Shown: piece after piece, positions 1-5,911 of the stretch
Numbering within the stretch: the stretch's first letter is position 1
How the letters are laid out: each line of letters opens with the position of its first letter
NCBI GenBank assembly: GCA_965644315.1
Contig: CBFFRQ010000070.1
Coordinates: 1-5,911 of the forward strand
DNA from: Caecitellus pseudoparvulus
Taxonomy: Eukaryota > Protista > Bigyra: Bicosoecida
Reading direction: 5' to 3'
Length of the DNA stretch: 5,911 nucleotides
The notes under the pieces: generated by a model
Databases searched by the model: none
What the model was told of the DNA's origin: nothing
The model's input: only the letters and a program-made list of their open reading frames with translations
Program-made: the position numbers and the translations under genes

Positions 1-1790
1 GCGGATGGCAGACAGTGCGCGCCCCGCTGCTGGCTCCAGCCACTGACTGACGAATGCTTGCCAGCGTCCCGCGTCGGTCAGGCTCTGGGGTGGTGACAGC
101 AAACCACACCGAGCGAGGTACAGCAGCCGATCTGGCCTGAACACACCGGCGTGCCGCAGGAAGTCCCACAGCACGCCCGAGGTCGCCCCGTCATCTGCCC
201 ACTTCTCCAGCACCTCGTACGACTCCTGCAGCATGCGAGGCTCCAGCAGCGCCAGCATCATATCCCAGCAGACCCGCTCCTGCGCAAGCACACACGCCCA
301 CGCACGTACACACACTGACGCGGCTCGTGGCAAGCCATCGCTCGCACGGCCACCGCGCCACTCACCCCAACGTGCATAAGTGCACACTGTGCTGCTCGCA
401 CGGCTGCTGCATCGCATGCTCCTCCCGCCTTCAGCTTGTCCACCGCCGCTTGGATCTTGTCCTTCTGTGGACCGGCCTTTCTCATGAAGTCTGCAAAGTC
501 CTCTCGCACGGTCTGCTCCATGTACTTTCGCCGGATGAAGGCCAGCGCCTTCCGGGCCTCAGGCTGCATGCACTGGCAGAACACCCACCCAATTGCGTTG
601 TAGTGACCTTGGGGCCACAGCCAGCCTTCTTTCTGGTTCGCCAGCAGCTTGGAGGGGCCAGCATTCATGCAGCCCCCAAGCAAGCTACCATGTCTCTGTA
701 CCATCTTCGGGTCAACTGCAGCTTGGTGCATCAGATCATGCGTCTGTTTCAGCATGTCTGGTCTGAGCACTAGCTTCATCATCTCCACTGAGGGTCGTTT
801 CTGTGCCAGCGCGTCAAGCATGTGTGTGGGAGGTGAAGGGGCACGGTTCCAGGGCGACGCCACGCACGCAAATGTTCACCACCGCATACTCCGCTGTCAG
901 CACGATGGCCTCGTGGTAGTCGCTCTTCTCCGCAGCATTGGGGGCGATCGTATGGCAGACACTGTCCTTCACAGCTTCGATGGCGGTCTCGAGCTCAGAA
1001 CGCGCGCCCGGGTCAATGTACCCCCACACCCTTGCCCGTCGCCGTTCCACCTCTCGCCGCATGTCCGCCAGTTGCTGCGCAATCTTGCCCTGCGGTCGCT
1101 GCTGACCAGCCCCTGCCGCCGAGCAGCCGCCCCGCTCTACCTTCACCGCAGCCCGCTCTTGGTCTGCGGCCTTGCTGCCGGCACGTGCCAGCACGGTGAC
1201 CAGGCCCTTCACGTCCATGCCCCAGGCGACGGTGAGGAGGCTGCGCGGGTCAAACCAGTGTCTTGGCGGGCCTCGCACTGGGCGGCCCTGGCACAAGCTC
1301 GCCAGCACGCTTGCCTGGAGCCCCACAGTGAGCATGGCCAGTGGCGGTGCAGCCTGGAAACGCAGGAGGGTGGGTGGCAGTGCGACCGGCGCCACAGCCA
1401 GCGTCAGGCGTCGCCCAGCGTGCTCACCCTGGAGTACCCAAGCACAGACATGGCGGTGCACAGGGCCGCGCCATGGGCACCACTGGAGGCGGGGCTTGAG
1501 CAGAAGTCCATGGTGCGTACGCGCTCCTCCTGGCGGGTCAGCCTGCTCAACGACCCCAGGTTCGCCGCCGCGCTCCCGGCCGCGCTCTCCACGGTGGCAG
1601 ACGCAGGCCCGACCTGGTGTGCTTCAGTACATTGTGGGAACGCTGCGAGGCGGCGCGTGTGTGTGCGGTGAGGCGGCCTGGCGCAGAGCTGGCGTTGCGG
1701 GGACACACAGCGCTCAAAAACCGCAGGCAGAGCGCTGCTCCACCAGCAGGAGGAGGCCCACGCGCCACTCTTGTATTGTTGGGCGAGCAT
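1..1790 (-). CDS. Gene copy A, 3'-truncated by the window edge. Exons 1790-1428, 1353-868, 800-366, 279-<1
   Basis: Same sequence and splice sites as copy B shifted by -2961, with one missense change (ALAAIR to ALSAIR, position 12). Alternative in-frame ATGs at 1940 and 1889. Confidence 0.78.
280..365 (-). other. Spliceosomal intron, 86 nt, phase 0 (copy A)
   Basis: Donor GGG|GTGAGT, TG-rich interior, acceptor TGCTTGCGCAG|GAG. Joins ORF 258..863 in frame to the last-exon frame. Confidence 0.85.
801..867 (-). other. Spliceosomal intron, 67 nt, phase 0 (copy A)
   Basis: Donor TGC|GTGCGT, branch-like CTTGAC, acceptor GCACAG|AAA. Removes the stop of ORF 814..1461 and joins it in frame to ORF 258..863. 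Confidence 0.82.
1354..1427 (-). other. Spliceosomal intron, 74 nt, phase 0 (copy A)
   Basis: Donor AGG|GTGAGC, internal CTGAC, pyrimidine-rich acceptor CCTCCTGCGTTTCCAG|GCT. Removes the stop of ORF 1404..2012 and joins it in frame to ORF 814..1461. Confidence 0.85.
1643..1708 (-). other. Possible additional 66-nt in-frame intron in the first exon (also 4604..4669)
   Basis: GTGTGT donor, CTCAC branch-like motif, CA tract and CTCGCAG acceptor, both ends in phase 1. The length is a multiple of 3 with no stop, so the reading frame does not require it. Confidence 0.45.
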
Positions 1791-1998
1791 GGTGCCCGCT
1801 GGAGCATCGGGGCAGGTGTTGGTGTCATGTGGTGGCGTGCTTCGTGCAGGTGGAAGTGGAGCAAGTCGGTTGTTTGTTGCGTGAGGCATCGTTGCAGTGG
1901 GCGAAGGTGCGAGGGCAGTCACTGCCGATGGTCGTTCCATGCGACATGCATTCCATCGTGCTTTCAAGCCGACAGATGGGTGGCTTCCTGACTGCACC

Positions 1999-2078
1999 CT
2001 GCGCCTGCCCACTGTGCAGGCGTGGCGCTAGTGATGCTCTCCGTGGCCTGCACGCCAGCCGCCAGTCTGCAGGCGTGC
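1999..2078. repeat. Cluster of short inverted repeats/hairpins in the intergenic spacer (also 4960..5039)
   Basis: CGCCTGC 2002-2008 / GCAGGCG 2016-2022; GCCTGCA 2046-2052 / TGCAGGC 2068-2074; direct repeat TGCAGGCGTG at 2015 and 2068. Function unknown. Confidence 0.5.
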
Positions 2079-2283
2079 GCAGCACAGTCCAACCTTGCAG
2101 CACCAGCATCTGCAGTCTTAGCGCGCTGGGCCGCTCACAGCAGGGCATGAGGGGCACAGCACAGCTCAGACTTGCGTGCTCCGGTAAAGAGGCAGCGGCA
2201 ATGGCGTTCCTCGGCTGGCGGCAAGGCCACGGCACCCTGCTTGCAGAACACTGGCCTTCAGGTCTGCCAAGCAAGTGCCCCCT

Positions 2284-4751
2284 TCACAACATGAGGGAGC
2301 AGTCGTCCGCATCTCCGTGCGGCTGTCCACGGTTCAGCGCAATCTGAGCATCCTGCAACGGCCTCAGCGGTCCTCGTGCGTGGCCCGCACCGCCCTTCGA
2401 TGACGGCACCAGCAACGAGCACAGCTTTGCCCACGCGCCCTCGGGCTGACCTGCCTTGAGTCCGACATGCACCTCTCGACCCAGCTCATGGAGGCCAGGT
2501 GGGCGCACCGTCCAGCCGGCCTCCAGCTCCTGGCACAGCGACGACAGCTCCAGCGCCATGCAGTCCGACAGGAACCCGGCAAGCACCCTGATCGCTGCTC
2601 CTTCGCCACACTCAGAGTTCCCCAGCAGCGTGTATGACTGCTCCAGGACGTCTGGTCTGAGCAGCCGCAGCGCAGTCTTGACCTTGAACAGGGGAGGGCG
2701 GCAGTGGAAGCCCTTCACAGCATGCCTTTCCTTCCTTTCCCAGCATGGGCAGTCGCAGCGGCGTTTGCGCTTCTTGTCATCCTTGCACCGAAGCATGAGA
2801 GCATACTTCGCCGCCAAGACAGCGTTCTCAAGATCAGGCCTGGGCTTCACCCCGCGCTCCAGACTGCTCAGGGCAGCCTTGATCTCGCGCAGCTCAGACT
2901 CTGGCAGTCCATCAAGGGCAGGCTGGAAGCGCGTCTGAACAGTCTTCTTCAGCTCTGGCAAGCGGATGGCAGCCAGTGCGCGCCCCGCTGCTGGCTCCAG
3001 CCACTGACTGACGAATGCTTGCCAGCGTCCCGCGTCGGTCAGGCTCTGGGGTGGTGACAGCAAACCACACCGAGCGAGGTACAGCAGCCGATCTGGCCTG
3101 AACACACCGGCGTGCCGCAGGAAGTCCCACAGCACGCCCGAGGTCGCCCCGTCATCTGCCCACTTCTCCAGCACCTCGTACGACTCCTGCAGCATGCGAG
3201 GCTCCAGCAGCGCCAGCATCATATCCCAGCAGACCCGCTCCTGCGCAAGCACACACGCCCACGCACGTACACACACTGACGCGGCTCGTGGCAAGCCATC
3301 GCTCGCACGGCCACCGCGCCACTCACCCCAACGTGCATAAGTGCACACTGTGCTGCTCGCACGGCTGCTGCATCGCATGCTCCTCCCGCCTTCAGCTTGT
3401 CCACCGCCGCTTGGATCTTGTCCTTCTGTGGACCGGCCTTTCTCATGAAGTCTGCAAAGTCCTCTCGCACGGTCTGCTCCATGTACTTTCGCCGGATGAA
3501 GGCCAGCGCCTTCCGGGCCTCAGGCTGCATGCACTGGCAGAACACCCACCCAATTGCGTTGTAGTGACCTTGGGGCCACAGCCAGCCTTCTTTCTGGTTC
3601 GCCAGCAGCTTGGAGGGGCCAGCATTCATGCAGCCCCCAAGCAAGCTACCATGTCTCTGTACCATCTTCGGGTCAACTGCAGCTTGGTGCATCAGATCAT
3701 GCGTCTGTTTCAGCATGTCTGGTCTGAGCACTAGCTTCATCATCTCCACTGAGGGTCGTTTCTGTGCCAGCGCGTCAAGCATGTGTGTGGGAGGTGAAGG
3801 GGCACGGTTCCAGGGCGACGCCACGCACGCAAATGTTCACCACCGCATACTCCGCTGTCAGCACGATGGCCTCGTGGTAGTCGCTCTTCTCCGCAGCATT
3901 GGGGGCGATCGTATGGCAGACACTGTCCTTCACAGCTTCGATGGCGGTCTCGAGCTCAGAACGCGCGCCCGGGTCAATGTACCCCCACACCCTTGCCCGT
4001 CGCCGTTCCACCTCTCGCCGCATGTCCGCCAGTTGCTGCGCAATCTTGCCCTGCGGTCGCTGCTGACCAGCCCCTGCCGCCGAGCAGCCGCCCCGCTCTA
4101 CCTTCACCGCAGCCCGCTCTTGGTCTGCGGCCTTGCTGCCGGCACGTGCCAGCACGGTGACCAGGCCCTTCACGTCCATGCCCCAGGCGACGGTGAGGAG
4201 GCTGCGCGGGTCAAACCAGTGTCTTGGCGGGCCTCGCACTGGGCGGCCCTGGCACAAGCTCGCCAGCACGCTTGCCTGGAGCCCCACAGTGAGCATGGCC
4301 AGTGGCGGTGCAGCCTGGAAACGCAGGAGGGTGGGTGGCAGTGCGACCGGCGCCACAGCCAGCGTCAGGCGTCGCCCAGCGTGCTCACCCTGGAGTACCC
4401 AAGCACAGACATGGCGGTGCACAGGGCCGCGCCATGGGCACCACTGGAGGCGGGGCTTGAGCAGAAGTCCATGGTGCGTACGCGCTCCTCCTGGCGGGTC
4501 AGCCTGCTCAACGACCCCAGGTTCGCCGCCGCGCTCCCGGCCGCGCTCTCCACGGTGGCAGACGCAGGCCCGACCTGGTGTGCTTCAGTACATTGTGGGA
4601 ACGCTGCGAGGCGGCGCGTGTGTGTGCGGTGAGGCGGCCTGGCGCAGAGCTGGCGTTGCGGGGACACACAGCGCTCAAAAACCGCAGGCAGAGCGCTGCT
4701 CCACCAGCAGGAGGAGGCCCACGCGCCACTCTTGTATTGTTGGGCGAGCAT
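2284..4751 (-). CDS. Complete spliced gene copy B: uncharacterised ~746-aa protein with an internal ~150-aa repeated module and a putative NLS. Exons 4751-4389, 4314-3829, 3761-3327, 3240-2284
   Basis: Three GT-AG introns each join consecutive minus-strand ORFs in phase 0: GYSR|AAPPLAM, VVNIC|KRPSVEMM, LMHVG|ERVCWDMM. Exon products share motifs (LxxLxPxML, PxAxxALAxIR, AVxAAxxALM). Stop is TGA at 2286-2284. The start is uncertain: in-frame ATGs at 4901, 4850 and 4751 (the last in a GCACCATG context). Confidence 0.8.
3241..3326 (-). other. Spliceosomal intron, 86 nt, phase 0 (copy B)
   Basis: Identical to 280..365 (GTGAGT...GCGCAG). Confidence 0.85.
3762..3828 (-). other. Spliceosomal intron, 67 nt, phase 0 (copy B)
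   Basis: Identical to 801..867 (GTGCGT...GCACAG). Confidence 0.82.
4315..4388 (-). other. Spliceosomal intron, 74 nt, phase 0 (copy B)
   Basis: Identical to 1354..1427 (GTGAGC...TTCCAG). Confidence 0.85.
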
Positions 4752-5244
4752 GGTGCCCGCTGGAGCATCGGGGCAGGTGTTGGTGTCATGTGGTGGCGTG
4801 CTTCGTGCAGGTGGAAGTGGAGCAAGTCGGTTGTTTGTTGCGTGAGGCATCGTTGCAGTGGGCGAAGGTGCGAGGGCAGTCACTGCCGATGGTCGTTCCA
4901 TGCGACATGCATTCCATCGTGCTTTCAAGCCGACAGATGGGTGGCTTCCTGACTGCACCCTGCGCCTGCCCACTGTGCAGGCGTGGCGCTAGTGATGCTC
5001 TCCGTGGCCTGCACGCCAGCCGCCAGTCTGCAGGCGTGCGCAGCACAGTCCAACCTTGCAGCACCAGCATCTGCAGTCTTAGCGCGCTGGGCCGCTCACA
5101 GCAGGGCATGAGGGGCACAGCACAGCTCAGACTTGCGTGCTCCGGTAAAGAGCCAGCGGCAATGGCGTTCCTCGGCTGGCGGCAAGGCCACGGCACCCTG
5201 CTTGCAGAACACTGGCCTTCAGGTCTGCCAAGCAAGTGTCCCCT

Positions 5245-5911
5245 TCACAACATGAGGGAGCAGTTGTCCGCACCTCCGTGCGGCTGTCCACGGTTCAGCG
5301 CAATCTGAGCATCCTGCAACGGCCTCAGCGGTCCTCGTGCGTGGCCCGCACCGCCCTTCGATGACGGCACCAGCAACGAGCACAGCTTTGCCCACGCGCC
5401 CTCGGGCTGACCTGCCTTGAGTCCGACATGCACCTCTCGACCCAGCTCATGGAGGCCAGGTGGGCGCACCGTCCAGCCGGCCTCCAGCTCCTGGCACAGC
5501 GACGACAGCTCCAGCGCCATGCAGTCCGACAGGAACCCGGCAAGCACCCTGATCGCTGCTCCTTCGCCACACTCAGAGTTCCCCAGCAGCGTGTATGACT
5601 GCTCCAGGACGTCTGGTCTGAGCAGCCGCAGCGCAGTCTTGACCTTGAACAGGGGAGGGCGGCAGTGGAAGCCCTTCACAGCATGCCTTTCCTTCCTTTC
5701 CCAGCATGGGCAGTCGCAGCGGCGTTTGCGCTTCTTGTCATCCTTGCACCGAAGCATGAGAGCATACTTCGCCGCCAAGACAGCGTTCTCAAGATCAGGC
5801 CTGGGCTTCACCCCGCGCTCCAGACTGCTCAGGGCAGCCTTGATCTCGCGCAGCTCAGACTCTGGCAGTCCATCAAGGGCAGGCTGGAAGCGCGTCTGAA
5901 CAGTCTTCTTC
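5245..5911 (-). CDS. Gene copy C, 3' part of the last exon only (5'-truncated by the window edge)
   Basis: Matches 2284..2950. The C-terminus reads GGADNCSLML versus GDADDCSLML in copy B. The ORF-track start at 5811 is an edge artefact; the frame is open to the window end. Confidence 0.78.
   Translation of the reverse strand, partial: KKTVQTRFQPALDGLPESELREIKAALSSLERGVKPRPDLENAVLAAKYALMLRCKDDKKRKRRCDCPCWERKERHAVKGFHCRPPLFKVKTALRLLRPDVLEQSYTLLGNSECGEGAAIRVLAGFLSDCMALELSSLCQELEAGWTVRPPGLHELGREVHVGLKAGQPEGAWAKLCSLLVPSSKGGAGHARGPLRPLQDAQIALNRGQPHGGADNCSLML

Larger units (their letters stand above)
1..5911. repeat. Head-to-tail tandem array, unit length 2961 bp (about 2 units visible, running off both ends)
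   Basis: The ORF track recurs at +2961 (258/3219, 814/3775, 1404/4365, 2284/5245). By-eye comparison shows no indels and 5 substitutions: 12A/2973C, 2192G/5153C, 2278C/5239T, 2304C/5265T, 2312T/5273C. Confidence 0.98.

Noticed and set aside
289-315. CA/TG microsatellite-like tracts (also near 821-828 and 1657-1665)
   Set aside because: Short, imperfect and confined to predicted introns; ordinary intron composition.
258-1461. Reading the overlapping minus-strand ORFs as a bacterial/viral operon, programmed frameshifts or a frameshifted pseudogene
   Set aside because: Each overlap is resolved exactly by a canonical short GT-AG intron in phase 0. I saw no slippery heptamers at the junctions.
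1716-1770. Pol III-like small RNA (TGGCGCGTGG A-box-like motif ... TTTTT on the minus strand)
   Set aside because: No B-box and no tRNA or 5S-like fold; it lies inside the predicted first exon.
2284-2286. Selenocysteine recoding of the terminal TGA
   Set aside because: No redox-type motif around the codon and no SECIS element that I could identify by eye.
649-2347. Long plus-strand ORFs 649..1671 (340 aa) and 1172..2347 (391 aa), plus 327..773, 2456..2938 and their repeat copies
   Set aside because: They are antisense shadows of the minus-strand gene in GC-rich DNA, rich in Arg/Ala/Ser/Cys/His, with no recognisable motif. The repeat homology and the frame-consistent splice sites are all on the minus strand.
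2353-2390. 38-nt candidate intron GTGCGG...TTGCAG near the C-terminus
   Set aside because: Much shorter than the supported introns (67-86 nt), and the shifted tail shows no module similarity. It cannot be fully excluded without RNA data.
2683-2788. Intron spanning the KKRKRR/Cys insert (CG|GTGCAA ... TTCAAG|)
   Set aside because: The donor is phase 2 and the acceptor phase 0, so splicing would shift the frame and destroy the fourth module.
1-5911. LTR retrotransposon, DNA transposon, CRISPR array or rDNA interpretation of the repeat
   Set aside because: There is no unique sequence between the repeats, no RT, integrase, transposase or Cas motifs that I recognise, no short repeat-spacer periodicity and no rRNA-like sequence.

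Overview
The window is GC-rich DNA (roughly 65% by eye) of eukaryotic type. It consists entirely of a head-to-tail tandem array with a 2961-bp period: 1..2950 recurs at 2962..5911, and I found only 5 substitutions between the two. Each unit carries one minus-strand, intron-containing gene for an uncharacterised protein of about 750 aa. Four overlapping minus-strand ORFs in different frames are joined in frame by three short phase-0 GT-AG introns (74, 67 and 86 nt). The window holds one complete copy (about 4751..2284) and two partial copies. The protein is built from about 3.5 diverged copies of a ~145-160-aa, probably helical module, and all three introns sit at the same module boundary. The one intron-less boundary instead carries a KKRKRR-CxCxC insert. 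The spacer holds a cluster of inverted GCCTGCA motifs and a hairpin followed by CTAG, loosely resembling a Helitron 3' end. Splice signals and GC content suggest a GC-rich microbial eukaryote such as a green alga (inference). I do not recognise the protein family.
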